In this document: positions 1 to 10,142 of the stretch, piece after piece | Numbering within the stretch: position 1 is the first letter of the stretch | Layout: the number at the start of each line of letters is the position of its first letter | DNA from: Candidatus Bathyarchaeota archaeon | GTDB taxonomy: Archaea > Thermoproteota > Bathyarchaeia > Bathyarchaeales > Bathycorpusculaceae | Assembly (NCBI GenBank): GCA_963775685.1 | Contig: CAVZJV010000014.1 | Coordinates: 2,240,001-2,304,000, forward strand | DNA length: 64,000 nt | Direction of reading: 5' to 3' | The notes under the pieces: model-generated | The model's input: only the letters and a program-made list of their open reading frames with translations | Told to the model about the DNA's origin: nothing | Databases searched by the model: none | Made by a program: the position numbers and the translations under genes

Positions 1-73
1 TCCAAAGTTATTAAATCTTGCATCTGCCAGTTATTTGGTTGCTCGAAAAAGATGTCTATTGCAGGTGGTTTAC

Positions 74-1135
74 ATGAGGGTTATCTTCCATTTAGATATG
101 GATCACTTCTACACAGCGGTTGAGGAGCGGGAACGCCCCGAAATCAAAGGTAAACCCGTCATAGTTGGTGCTGATCCCAAAGAAGGCAAAGGCAGAGGCG
201 TCGTTAGTACAAGCAATTATGAAGCTAGAAAATCAGGCGTGCGCTCGGGAATGCCCATTTCTATAGCTTGGCGGCTTTGTCCAAGGGCGGTTTATTTGCT
301 CCCTAGCTTTCCATTGTACATTCAGGTTTCAAGCGAAATCATGGCGTTAGCTCGTAAGTACGCTGGGAAGTTTGAGCAGTGGGGGATTGATGAAGCTTTT
401 TTAGATGTCTCGGAAAAGGTTGGGACTTGGGCTGAGGCTGAGGTGTTGGCGCAGAGAATTAAGCAGGAGATTAAGGAGAAAGTGGGACTCACCGCCTCAA
501 TGGGCGTGGGACCCAACAAGCTCGTTGCTAAAGTTGCCAGCGACTTTCAGAAACCCGACGGCTTAACTATCGTTAAAGAAGAGGAAGTTGAAAAATTTCT
601 TGCTCCTCTTCCCGTTTGCAAGCTGCTTTGGGTGGGACGTAAAACTGAAGCAAAACTAAAAGAACTGGGTATAAACACCATTTGTGATCTGGCACACTAC
701 AATCCGCCAGCGTTGACTTCAATGTTTGGAGTGATGGGTTTGCAGATGCATCTGATGGCTAAGGGAATCGACAAAAGTGAAGTGGAAGAACGCATTGGCG
801 TAAAAAGTGTAAGCCATGAGACTACTTTTGAGGAAGACACCGCTGAATCAACCCTCATTTTTCAAGCTTTGGATGCGCTCTGCGAGGATGTTTTGAAGGA
901 AACCGTTGACCAGCACCTGCTGTTTAAAACGGTGACAATTAAGATTCGCTATCAGGGCTTTGAAACTCACACAAGAAGCAAAACCTTGCCGTTTTTAACT
1001 AACCGTCTCCATGACCTGCAAAAAACCGCTAACGAGTTACTTTTTGCTAATTTGCAGAAAGACCGTAAAGTCAGGTTGATTGGGGTGCGGGTTTCAAGTT
1101 TAGTTTCGGGCGAAAAACAGATGCGGCTCCTTTAG
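74..1135 (+). CDS. dinB: DNA polymerase IV (Y-family)
   Basis: Motifs HLDMDHFY, GRGVVSTSNYEAR, IDEAFLD, NKLVAKVASDFQKPDG and C-terminal VRLIGV; ATG at 74 follows GGTGG. Confidence 0.95.
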   Translation: MRVIFHLDMDHFYTAVEERERPEIKGKPVIVGADPKEGKGRGVVSTSNYEARKSGVRSGMPISIAWRLCPRAVYLLPSFPLYIQVSSEIMALARKYAGKFEQWGIDEAFLDVSEKVGTWAEAEVLAQRIKQEIKEKVGLTASMGVGPNKLVAKVASDFQKPDGLTIVKEEEVEKFLAPLPVCKLLWVGRKTEAKLKELGINTICDLAHYNPPALTSMFGVMGLQMHLMAKGIDKSEVEERIGVKSVSHETTFEEDTAESTLIFQALDALCEDVLKETVDQHLLFKTVTIKIRYQGFETHTRSKTLPFLTNRLHDLQKTANELLFANLQKDRKVRLIGVRVSSLVSGEKQMRLL

Positions 1136-1683
1136 AGTTCTGTGATTTTCTTTAGCACGAGAGGTTTTCCGAACTCTTCTTCGCTGGTAACTTCGCTGAT
1201 GTTTTTTCTTGTGCGCACCAGGTTTAGGAGTTTGTTTGATAAATCTACTTTTTCGCCTGGGTAGCCGACGGCTAACATGACGAGGACCTCAAAGTTGTCG
1301 GGGACTTTTAGAACTTTGGCGACTTCTTTTTCGTTGAAGCTGCCTACGCAGCAGGTTCCTAACCCTTCACTTACTGCGGTTAAAACCATGTTTTCCACAG
1401 CTAAGGCAACGTCGATGGCGTACCAGTCTGGTGAGGCTTTCTTGTCGCCGCATGCAACAATCACAAGCGGTGATTGTGTTAAGAACTTAGCCCATGTGCC
1501 TCCTGACAACGCTTTGCGTTTCTGGGCGTTGGTTACTGTGATGAAGTGCCAGGGTTCGATGTTCTTTGCTGAAGGCGATAGTCGTCCAGCCTCCAAAATC
1601 TTCTCGATCTTTTCTCTCTCAACTGATTTGTCTTGGTAGCTGCGGATTGAACGCCGTTCCTGTATTGCTTCAAAAACATCCAT
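1132..1683 (-). CDS. Nitroreductase family protein
   Basis: RRSIRSY, SPSAKNIEPWHF, GLGTCCVG, LAVGYP. Confidence 0.9.
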   Translation of the reverse strand: MDVFEAIQERRSIRSYQDKSVEREKIEKILEAGRLSPSAKNIEPWHFITVTNAQKRKALSGGTWAKFLTQSPLVIVACGDKKASPDWYAIDVALAVENMVLTAVSEGLGTCCVGSFNEKEVAKVLKVPDNFEVLVMLAVGYPGEKVDLSNKLLNLVRTRKNISEVTSEEEFGKPLVLKKITEL

Positions 1684-2210
1684 TTGGGTCTCTTCCTATA
1701 CAGCAAATAACTTTGTAGACTAATATTGGTTTTTAGCCGTTTAGCTCTCAGTTTTATTTATTCAAGTAGCTGCTGCTTTAAGTTGAATTATGAGAAAGAA
1801 TAGTTGTTCAAAGTTTTTTCTCAATTGAAGAACAACACCAATTGTGTTTGCATTTTTCGGTGGGCTTGTTTTGGGGTGCCTTTTTACTTTAGACTTGTGG
1901 CGTCTGCAGGTTGCGTCTGGAAAAGTCACAAAACGTCACAAAAAGTCAAAAGCGTCATGTGGGAAGAACAACAAACTTGTTTTTGCGGAGTTCTAAGTCA
2001 AAGTCACATCAGGAATAATTGTTAGATTTAACATTATGCAAGTCTTGGTTCAAATTATGTTTTAGTGCAATATTGCTGAAAAATTTTGGTATTTGTTAGT
2101 TTTGGAAAGCTATGGAAGTTGAAGATTCGATGCAGGGTAAACATAGTTGATCTGAAAGATTATGCAGTGCAAAAACGCTGTTAATCATCTTCTCTGGCTT
2201 TGTTTACTGA

Positions 2211-2868
2211 TTAGTTTTCGTATTTTGTTGGGTCAGCGACGCCTGTTTCCTGAAAGGCTTTTTTGCGGTTTCGCAAGATTCGCATATGCCACAGTGTTTC
2301 TGGCGCCGACGGTAGCAGGACCATGTGAGTTCGAAAGGCACGCTTAATTCTGCGCCTCTATTGAACAAGTCGGATTTGTGTTTACCGCTGAAGGGTGCTT
2401 GGATGCTGATTTCTTGACATGTGCCCAATTTTGCAGTCTTTTCAAATGCTTCGTAGAATTCTCTTCGGCAATCAGGGTAGAACGGTTCATCTGAGCCTTG
2501 TGCGCCGTAAAAGATCTATGTCCGCACCAACTGCGACGGCGTAGGCAACTGCTGCTGAAAGGAAGATAGCGTTGCGGAACGGGACAATGATGGGCTGGCA
2601 CTGAACTCGGAGGTCAACGGGATGTTGCTGTTGCAAAGTGAGGTTACATTGCTGAAGATTTCCTTTAGAGCAGAGAGATCGACAATTTTTGTTTTGGTGC
2701 CGAGTTTATAGGCGATTTTTTGTGCGCATTGGGTTTCTTTCATTGCGATTTGTCCGTAGTTGAAGGTTATGGGGTAAATTTGGTAGCCTTGTTTTTTTGC
2801 CCAGTACGCGACTGTTGCGGAGTCAGGTCCGCCGCTGAGAACGATTACGCATTTTTTTTAGGGTTCAT
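2211..2868 (-). CDS. queC: 7-cyano-7-deazaguanine (preQ0) synthase, several frameshifts
   Basis: Read across frames: VLSGGPDS, FNYGQ, KETQCAQKIA, APFSGKHKSD, TWSCY..KHCGICESC, ADPTKYEN*. Confidence 0.9.
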
Positions 2869-3405
2869 TTATTGTTCCTCTCTTTTAATGGAGGTTTTTG
2901 ATAGCTCCGAACCATCTTTGGAATATGCCTGTTCTTTTCAGTAACTTGAAAATTGGCCATCCGACTGAGTACGTCATGCAATAGTGTTTCCAATGGAGAC
3001 GTAAGCGATAGTCAGGGAAGAAGTGGCAGTACCGTACAGGGTCAGACAGCATCCATCCGACTGTTGTGCCTAAGACAGCGGAGTAAGCGACGCATGTTCC
3101 AATCACTGTATAGTCGTTTTTAGTGCGTTTGTAAATGTAGTAGACTACAAAGGACATGCAAATGAAGGAATAGTGTTGAGAAGTCGATGGACCAAATGGC
3201 GAAGAAATGTTTCCAACAAATACTCCTATTGTGTGACCTAAAACCCCTGGCGATGCCCAGCAATGGGAACTGCTCCCAGCAAGGATCGGCTATTCGAAGT
3301 TGAATTGGTCCATAAGAGAATAGTCCGAGGTATACGACAACTAATAGCTGCATAAAGTGAGCATAAATTGCTATAAGGGCTATATCTTTAGATGTGTATT
3401 TTCAA
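2869..3405 (-). CDS. queT: QueT-family queuosine-precursor transporter, frameshifted
   Basis: SKDIALIAIYA..., FSYGPIQLRIAD signature; hydrophobic; stop codon abuts queC start (TAAATG). Confidence 0.8.
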
Positions 3406-3410
3406 TGCAT

Positions 3411-3477
3411 TTCTCCCTACTCCCGGGTTTTATTTTTGGTTGGCGGAACGGGTAGGAGAATCCACTCACCCGCCAAT
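3411..3477 (-). promoter_or_regulatory. Structured 5' leader of queT-queC, candidate preQ0/preQ1 riboswitch
   Basis: TTGGCGG/CCGCCAA stem; loop TTCTCCTAC complementary to the SD region GTAGGGAGAA; A-rich linker; TATA-like element at ~3500-3513. Confidence 0.5.
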
Positions 3478-3570
3478 TGCCTATAAAAGTTCCAATGTCC
3501 CCTAAAAAGCTTTAGTTAAACAATTTAATTTTGAAAAGGTTCTTGCAAACATCTTAGATTCAAAAACTAA

Positions 3571-3950
3571 GTTGATGAAGAGTAAGACTCTCAATTTGAC
3601 CAAACATTTTCAAAGTAGGCAACCAACACTTTTACGAACTCAGGATTGTCTGATCATAAACTTGGCGCAATTTCATTATCATACACCGTTCTTACACACA
3701 TGTTCGCATTCTTTCCATCATAGATCGCTGCCTTAATTGGGACAGCGTTAATTACACATCGAACCTCGAACAATGGATTAATTTGTCTCTTTATCATCTT
3801 GATAAATTTCTCGTCACTGCATCTCTGTGTTATGATCCGAATTTTCACCCCTTTCTTCAGAGTCTGCTGATATATTTGAAAGTGACTAAAAAACAACGGT
3901 CTGATAGTAAACCAGTCACCCATAACGTCAATGTTGGTTTTTGCATTTGA
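3571..3950 (-). pseudogene. C-terminal fragment of a TrmB-like transcriptional regulator
   Basis: KKGVKIRIIT, AAIYDGK, PSL*SDNP..VAYFENVW; in-frame stop; no N-terminal HTH. Confidence 0.55.
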
Positions 3951-4272
3951 ATCCTCAAATTCAAATTGAGTTGCTTATGGTGGCTCTTTTTAGATAAAAA
4001 AATTGCAATTTTTCTTTTTTTGTTATGTCTTTAACAATTATACTATGTTGCGCTCGGTCAGCTAAAAGATACTTTTTCATTACATTTATTCAATAGTTAC
4101 ATAATGTTTGATCGATTACTTGGTGCTGATAAGATAGTTTGATTGCGACTTTTTATGCTTTGATGACCAAAAATAATCTTTCCACACACGTCTGGCCATG
4201 GCAATTTGTTAGTCAAGAAAGTTTGACTAAATTTAGTCAAGGAAATTTGACGAAAATGCATTTTAAAGGTGG

Positions 4273-4479
4273 ATGAAAATAGGGAGTCAATGGAGAGATG
4301 AGCAGGATATGGCGTTAAACCACTATATAATAAACCATAGACTTCTGATACAAATGCAGAAGAACGGATGCATTTTCTGTGCAATATGTCATCAACCCAT
4401 CGTTGAAGGGCAGCGAGTAGCTTCCAGAAAAAGCACATCTGTGCGGCATGAAGAATGTTATCAATGGTCATTTGTTTAA
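4273..4479 (+). CDS. Small putative Zn-binding protein
   Basis: CAIC...RHEECY motif in a 68-aa ORF. Confidence 0.5.
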   Translation: MKIGSQWRDEQDMALNHYIINHRLLIQMQKNGCIFCAICHQPIVEGQRVASRKSTSVRHEECYQWSFV

Positions 4480-4680
4480 CGCAAAGCCTCGCAAACTTTG
4501 AAATAAGCAAGAAGGGATGCAAGTTAGATAAGGCGTCTCGGTTCGTTAACATAGCAAATAAACGTGCACAGCTAACAGCACCTTTTGCGAAATATTAATA
4601 AATCTCTCGGAAAGATTAGATGATGCTACTTCCTAGTGGATGGCATTCCGATTAAACGGAGTTTTAGGGAGCACAAAACT

Positions 4681-5325
4681 ATGTCACAAAACAATTCAGC
4701 TAGCCAGCTAGTCCTTAAAGGCACAACAACAATAGGCGTCGTCTGCAAAGATGGCGTAATCTTGGCTTCAGATACAAGAGTGACCATGGGTTACTACGTT
4801 GCACACAAGTTCGGCAAAAAAGTCTACAAAATCGACGACCATATGGGTATGACCATCGCAGGAACCGTTGCTGACGCGCAAAGAGTGGTTGATATATTAA
4901 CCGCCAACGCGCATCTCTATAAAATTAACCTGAACCGACCCATGCCAATCAGCTCTGCGGCAAGGCTTGTAGCAAACCTGCTGTTCTCAGCTAGGTATGT
5001 GCCCCTGTCAACACAGGTATTGGTCGGTGGCATAGATGAAACTGGTCCCCACGTTTTTAACTTGGATCCTTACGGAAGCTTAACCGAGGAGAAATCTGTC
5101 TCCACTGGATCCGGTTCACCCGTCGCTTACGGTATTCTTGAAGACAAGTTCCGTGAAGGTATGACTATTGCTGAGGTTTTGCCTACCATCGCTAAGGCCG
5201 TCAATGCAGCTATGAAGCGTGATGTTGCAAGCGGCAACAACTACAATATCATTGTAATCGACGAGTTCGGTTACAAGGAATTATCAGACGAGGAGAAAAG
5301 CAAACTCCTCAAAGCAGGAAGCTAA
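4681..5325 (+). CDS. psmB: Proteasome beta subunit
   Basis: Propeptide followed by KG/TTTIG, AGTVADAQ, STGSGS. Confidence 0.97.
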   Translation: MSQNNSASQLVLKGTTTIGVVCKDGVILASDTRVTMGYYVAHKFGKKVYKIDDHMGMTIAGTVADAQRVVDILTANAHLYKINLNRPMPISSAARLVANLLFSARYVPLSTQVLVGGIDETGPHVFNLDPYGSLTEEKSVSTGSGSPVAYGILEDKFREGMTIAEVLPTIAKAVNAAMKRDVASGNNYNIIVIDEFGYKELSDEEKSKLLKAGS

Positions 5326-5330
5326 ATACA

Positions 5331-7271
5331 TTGGCTCGAACCCAAGAAAGACGGACCCAAGAAAAAGACAAAGAAAAGATAGAAATAAGCCAATACATTT
5401 TGCAGAAAGTTCCTCGTGAAGCAGAAGTTACTCGAATCGAATATGAAGGTCCCATGCTGGCGGTTTACACTAAAAAACCAGAAATCTTAGTTGACCAAAG
5501 TAGTATTGTGGCTGAAATCGTCGGAGTCATACGAAAAAGAATAGTCATCCGACCTGACCCGTCCGTGCGAATTCCTGAGGTAGAAGCAGAAAAAATCGCA
5601 CGTGAACTTATTCCTGCGGAAGCAGAAGTAACAGACATTAATTTTGATCCAAGCCTTGGCGAAATCATCATTGAAACTAAAAAGCCAGGTCTAGTCATTG
5701 GTAGAAACGGAGCGGTCCTGCAGGAGATTATAAAGAAAACTAAGTGGCGCCCTCATGTGCTTCGGAGCCCACCGATTAAATCCAAGATTGTTACTCACAT
5801 GCGCCATTACCTTCACTCTGAGAGTAAAGAGCGCGAACGCATCTTGCGTACAGTGGGAGAACGTATCTTTAGACCCAAAACATTTGATGTGGGCGACATA
5901 CGCATGACCGTTTTAGGTGGCGCTCAGGAAGTCGGACGCAGCGCATTTCTGATAAAAACACGCGAAAGTGCCGTACTTTTGGATTGCGGCATTCACCCGG
6001 GTTCCCAGAGACCTTTTGAGTCATTTCCACGTTTTGATTGCCCAGAGTTCCAGCTTGACTCTTTGGATGCGGTTGTTATAAGTCATGCTCATCTTGATCA
6101 TTGCGGCTTAGCTCCCTTCCTCTACAAATACGGCTATGATGGTCCAGTTTACTGTACCGCGCCGACATCAAATTTGATGACTATGCTGCAACTCGATTAT
6201 TTGGATGTTGCAAGTAAACAGGGTGTTACCCCCTTCTATGACCAAAAAGACGTTCGTGAATGTGTCTTGCACACGATTCCCCTCCGGTACGGTGTTGTCA
6301 CGGACATTGCACCCGACATCCGTTTAACCCTGCACAATTCAGGCCACATATTGGGTGGCGCTATGGTTCACCTTCACATCGGTGAAGGTTTACATAATAT
6401 TGTTTACACCAGCGATTACAAGTTCGCACGGACAATGCTTCTTGAGGCGGCCGCTACGGAGTTCCCGCGAATCGAAACAGTAATCACCGAGAGCACTTAT
6501 GGTGGCACCGAAGACTTTGCGCCATCCCGAATTGAAGCAGAAGAAGCCCTGACCAGAGTCATCAACCAAACCTTGGAGCGTAAGGGTAAAGTTCTCATAC
6601 CAGTTCCCGCTGTTGGCAGAGCCCAAGAAATCATGCTCATCATCAATGGCTACATGAAGCGTGGTTTAATGAAGGAGGCGCCAGTGTTCATTGAAGGTAT
6701 GATTAGCGAAGCCACAGCAATTCACACAGCCTACCCCGAATACTTGGGCAGGGAAGTCCGCCACAGCATCCTGCATGAAGAAGTCAATCCATTCCAATCA
6801 GACTACTTCACCATTGTTGAGCACCCAAGCATCCGCCAAAGCATAATTGATGGCGAACCATGCGTTGTCTTGGCTACTTCAGGCATGCTTGAGGGCGGTC
6901 CAGTTATCGAGTACTTTAAAAACTGGGCAAGCAACGAGCGGAACACAATCATATTTGTCAGTTACCAAATCGAAGGCACCATGGGGAAACGTGTCCAGAA
7001 GGGCGTGAGCGAAGTCACCATGATGGATAACGAAGGCAAAATGGCAGCTTTGTCAGTTAAAATGCAGACAGAGTCAATTGAGGGGTTCTCAGGTCACTCG
7101 GACAGACGCCAACTCGTAAACTACCTGACTCATCTAAGCCCAAAGCCTGAACGCATATTCGTTGTCCATGGTGAAAAACAGAAAACTATGTCATTTGCTA
7201 ACTTTATGGATAACAAAGCGGGCATAAACACGGTTGTTCCAGCTATTCTGGAAACTTATAGGCTACTGTAA
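5331..7271 (+). CDS. fttA: Beta-CASP ribonuclease aCPSF1/FttA (transcription termination factor)
   Basis: N-terminal KH domains (KPGLVIG), SHAHLDH, GHILG, FSGHSD, VHGE; adjacent to psmB. Confidence 0.95.
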   Translation: MARTQERRTQEKDKEKIEISQYILQKVPREAEVTRIEYEGPMLAVYTKKPEILVDQSSIVAEIVGVIRKRIVIRPDPSVRIPEVEAEKIARELIPAEAEVTDINFDPSLGEIIIETKKPGLVIGRNGAVLQEIIKKTKWRPHVLRSPPIKSKIVTHMRHYLHSESKERERILRTVGERIFRPKTFDVGDIRMTVLGGAQEVGRSAFLIKTRESAVLLDCGIHPGSQRPFESFPRFDCPEFQLDSLDAVVISHAHLDHCGLAPFLYKYGYDGPVYCTAPTSNLMTMLQLDYLDVASKQGVTPFYDQKDVRECVLHTIPLRYGVVTDIAPDIRLTLHNSGHILGGAMVHLHIGEGLHNIVYTSDYKFARTMLLEAAATEFPRIETVITESTYGGTEDFAPSRIEAEEALTRVINQTLERKGKVLIPVPAVGRAQEIMLIINGYMKRGLMKEAPVFIEGMISEATAIHTAYPEYLGREVRHSILHEEVNPFQSDYFTIVEHPSIRQSIIDGEPCVVLATSGMLEGGPVIEYFKNWASNERNTIIFVSYQIEGTMGKRVQKGVSEVTMMDNEGKMAALSVKMQTESIEGFSGHSDRRQLVNYLTHLSPKPERIFVVHGEKQKTMSFANFMDNKAGINTVVPAILETYRLL

Positions 7272-7298
7272 GGATAAGAAAAGTGAAATTTAGAAAAT

Positions 7299-7865
7299 TT
7301 AAGCCGCTGTTGGTAAAGGCTCATTGCTGCTTGAAACTGGCGCAGGCGTTTTTTCTCTCCAAATCCTTACTGTTTTTGGAGTTATGACCACTCTTTCTTC
7401 GCCGAGACGTGCAATGTCGCCGCCTATTGAATCAGCGAACTGGAAGAGATCGTTAACTGCAGTTTTAACGTCTTCTATACTTTTGCCCGCAAGAGGCGTA
7501 ACACGTAAAATTATGATGTTACCTTTTTTTACCTCTGTTTTGATGTTATCAAGATCCGATAGTTCACGAAGTGGCATGGCTTTAAGGTAAGTTTTGCTTG
7601 GAGTTTCGGTGGTCGTAGGCATCTGCTCGAAAGGCTCTGGAGCAGGTTCTTCTGGTTGTTCCTGGGCGGGAGCATCGATTTCTGGGGGTTGCTCCTGGGT
7701 TGCCGTGAGAGGTTGCTCTGCTGCCTCCTGTGTTGTGGTCGTAGGCGTCTCTTGAGGTGCTTCTTGGGGTTGAGCTGGTGTTTCTGATTGGGCTTGTTCT
7801 TGAGGAGGCACGTTTGGTGTTTCCTGTTCAGGTTGCTTCTTTTTGTGGAATAGATTGAAGGGCAT
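7299..7865 (-). CDS. sepF: Cell division protein SepF with long P/Q/E-rich linker
   Basis: C-terminal KGNIIILRV...GGDIARLGEERVVITP; short hydrophobic/basic N-terminus MPFNLFHKKK. Confidence 0.85.
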   Translation of the reverse strand: MPFNLFHKKKQPEQETPNVPPQEQAQSETPAQPQEAPQETPTTTTQEAAEQPLTATQEQPPEIDAPAQEQPEEPAPEPFEQMPTTTETPSKTYLKAMPLRELSDLDNIKTEVKKGNIIILRVTPLAGKSIEDVKTAVNDLFQFADSIGGDIARLGEERVVITPKTVRIWREKTPAPVSSSNEPLPTAA

Positions 7866-8067
7866 TTTTTTCTCCTCTAAACCCATTAATATCAAAGCTT
7901 TAACAGTTAAGCGTTTCTTTACTTCATCACTGGCAAGGAGCTATATTTTACATTTGGTGGCACCTAAATATTTGATTTGTGTTTTTTTAGTTTCGTATTT
8001 CCAGGGTTTCAGAAAAGTCTAGCGTGATTAGGTGAATTTATCTTAGAGATAGGGAAAAAGCTCTTAT

Positions 8068-9390
8068 TCAATTTTTATGTTTAGTAAAATAAACTATTGC
8101 ACCTAAAGCCAGTGCAGCTAAGCCAAACAGGATTGCTAATTGAGTATAGTTGTTGGTTTTGTCTTGCACTTGTGGGTTTGTATTTTTTACTGGTTGTTGA
8201 GTGGGGTTATTTTGTAGCGATGTGCTTGTCGATTCTGAGTCAGGGATAGTGGACATAGTTGAGGGGTTTAAGGTTGTGTCTGAAGGGTTTGGGTTTGTTG
8301 GATCAGCTGTCAAATTGGTGGGCGAGGCGGGTGGTATTGGTGTGGCGGCAGTTGTTGATGAAGCAGGGGCTGTTGAGGGGTCAGGGTTGGTTGTGGGTGC
8401 AAGTGGGGTTTCTGTGGGGGCAGGCGGTGGTGTTGGGGAGGGAGTGGGAGTCGGCGCATCTGGGACATTGGGGTCAGGGGAGTCGAGGATAGGTAAATAG
8501 TTGATGTAGCTGGAGCATGAAGCATCATCATTTTTATCGTAAATCATAGAGTCGATTAATGTTGTGTTGGTTGTTCCCCAGAAGTTTTGAGAAGCATCCA
8601 TATCTGCGGTTGTTGAGGTTTTTTCTACTTCCAGAACTATGCTTGCCGTGTCGGTGAAGGAATTGTCGTTGACGCAGATTTTGCTTAGCCCATAACTTGC
8701 GTAGTTGTTGATGACGTAGCCTTGGTTTTTGGCGAATAAGTTGTATCTTACATAGACCATTCCTGAAGAGTTGGAGTAGTAGTCATCTGTTCCTATTTTG
8801 ATGCCTGCGGTATTTGTGAAGGTGTTATATTCTATGTATGAATCTTGGGAAGGATACCATAGGTACGAGTTTTCTGAGAGGTTGCTTAGGTCTGAATTGG
8901 TGAGGTTTAGATAAGCCGTGTTGTCAAGCCAAAAAGCACTGAAGCCATCTCTTATAATGCAGTAATCGAGTTCAACGAAACCCTTGGCAACGGGGTGATT
9001 TGTTTTAAAGAAATAAGAATTGCCGTTGCCATCAAAGACTATTTTGTTTGTTGCGTTGCCTTGTGCCTGGATGATTCCGTTTATCAGAAACATTGTATTG
9101 CTGGAGGATTGACTGGTGACTGTGACGCCAGGTTCGATTGTTAACATCACATTTTCTGGGATTTGTATAGTGTTTGTTATTATGTAGGGGCTATTTGCCT
9201 CTGTCCAGGTTGTGTTGCTGGTTATTGTTCCACCGACTTGTGTACCTGAATTGCCGGAGGCAACAATATTGTTGCTTGGAAGGCTAATTTGGAGAACCAG
9301 GAGTATGCTTGCTATTAGCAATGATGTCAGGAGGGTTTCTTTTTTGTGCTGTTTGTGATTTTCCAAGGGATAACCGGTTTGGTTAGACAT
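8068..9390 (-). CDS. Secreted membrane-anchored protein with beta-helix domain and Pro/Thr linker
   Basis: Signal peptide, TTWTEANSPYII..LTIEPG, NFWGTTN..IDSMIYD, PT-rich linker, C-terminal TM helix with basic tail. Confidence 0.8.
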   Translation of the reverse strand: MSNQTGYPLENHKQHKKETLLTSLLIASILLVLQISLPSNNIVASGNSGTQVGGTITSNTTWTEANSPYIITNTIQIPENVMLTIEPGVTVTSQSSSNTMFLINGIIQAQGNATNKIVFDGNGNSYFFKTNHPVAKGFVELDYCIIRDGFSAFWLDNTAYLNLTNSDLSNLSENSYLWYPSQDSYIEYNTFTNTAGIKIGTDDYYSNSSGMVYVRYNLFAKNQGYVINNYASYGLSKICVNDNSFTDTASIVLEVEKTSTTADMDASQNFWGTTNTTLIDSMIYDKNDDASCSSYINYLPILDSPDPNVPDAPTPTPSPTPPPAPTETPLAPTTNPDPSTAPASSTTAATPIPPASPTNLTADPTNPNPSDTTLNPSTMSTIPDSESTSTSLQNNPTQQPVKNTNPQVQDKTNNYTQLAILFGLAALALGAIVYFTKHKN

Positions 9391-9481
9391 TGCTGCCTTT
9401 TATTGTTTATTGAGATTGACTACAGATATTTAATTGTTCAACAATCCAACACAACAACAACAAAAGAAATAGAAAATTCTG

Positions 9482-9832
9482 TTAAATTAAAAGAACTGCA
9501 AAGTTGTTTATTACGGTGATTAATAGAAAAACCATTAAGCCCGCATAAGCTGTCTTCATGAGCTTGTTTGAGTACCTAAAGGCGCGAGTTTCTTTGTTAA
9601 GGGACTTGTTCAGGGTGCGTTTAGCTAAAATGTAGGTAAACCCAATTAAGAAAGTCGCTGAAACCTTAAGGACCAAAAAAGCCATTATATTTGTGTTAAC
9701 GATGCCAGTCATTAAGGGGTTAAGCTCGGAAGCTCCAAAATATATGACTCCTACAACAGTAGTTACAGCGTCGATGGAACCCAACAGTATAAGAAGCAAG
9801 CTAGGAAACAACTCTGCTTTTAAAGCATACAT
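9482..9832 (-). CDS. DUF5658-like membrane protein
   Basis: DAVTT..G..ELNPLM...LK...NN pattern. Confidence 0.7.
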   Translation of the reverse strand: MYALKAELFPSLLLILLGSIDAVTTVVGVIYFGASELNPLMTGIVNTNIMAFLVLKVSATFLIGFTYILAKRTLNKSLNKETRAFRYSNKLMKTAYAGLMVFLLITVINNFAVLLI

Positions 9833-10142
9833 GAAGCCTTCTCCTTCTCCTCTGCTTCTCCTTCCTTCTCAAAACACAGTTATCCGACAGGGCTTAAGAA
9901 CCAGGTTGCCAAACTCGATATATTCCAAACATAAAACAGCAAAAAAGCTCTTCAAAGAGCCCTAACTAACTGCTAAATATTAATATCGCACGCATCCAAT
10001 TAAACATTCGCCGAATTTATGTGTAAATGATAGATAGTTTTTCAAACGATAGTTCACATGGGTGTTGATGTTTGAAAGGAACAGCTTTTTCCGCATAAGC
10101 CTTATATTTTAATGCTCGACTCTCTTGCTGAAGGCTTTATGC

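Noticed and set aside
1920-2010. Short AAA(A/C)GTCA(C) repeats as iterons or a CRISPR array
   Set aside because: Too short, irregular and low-complexity; no spacers, cas genes or rep gene
8201-8531. Overlapping ORFs in the Pro/Thr linker region
   Set aside because: Shadow frames of a low-complexity segment of gene 8068-9390
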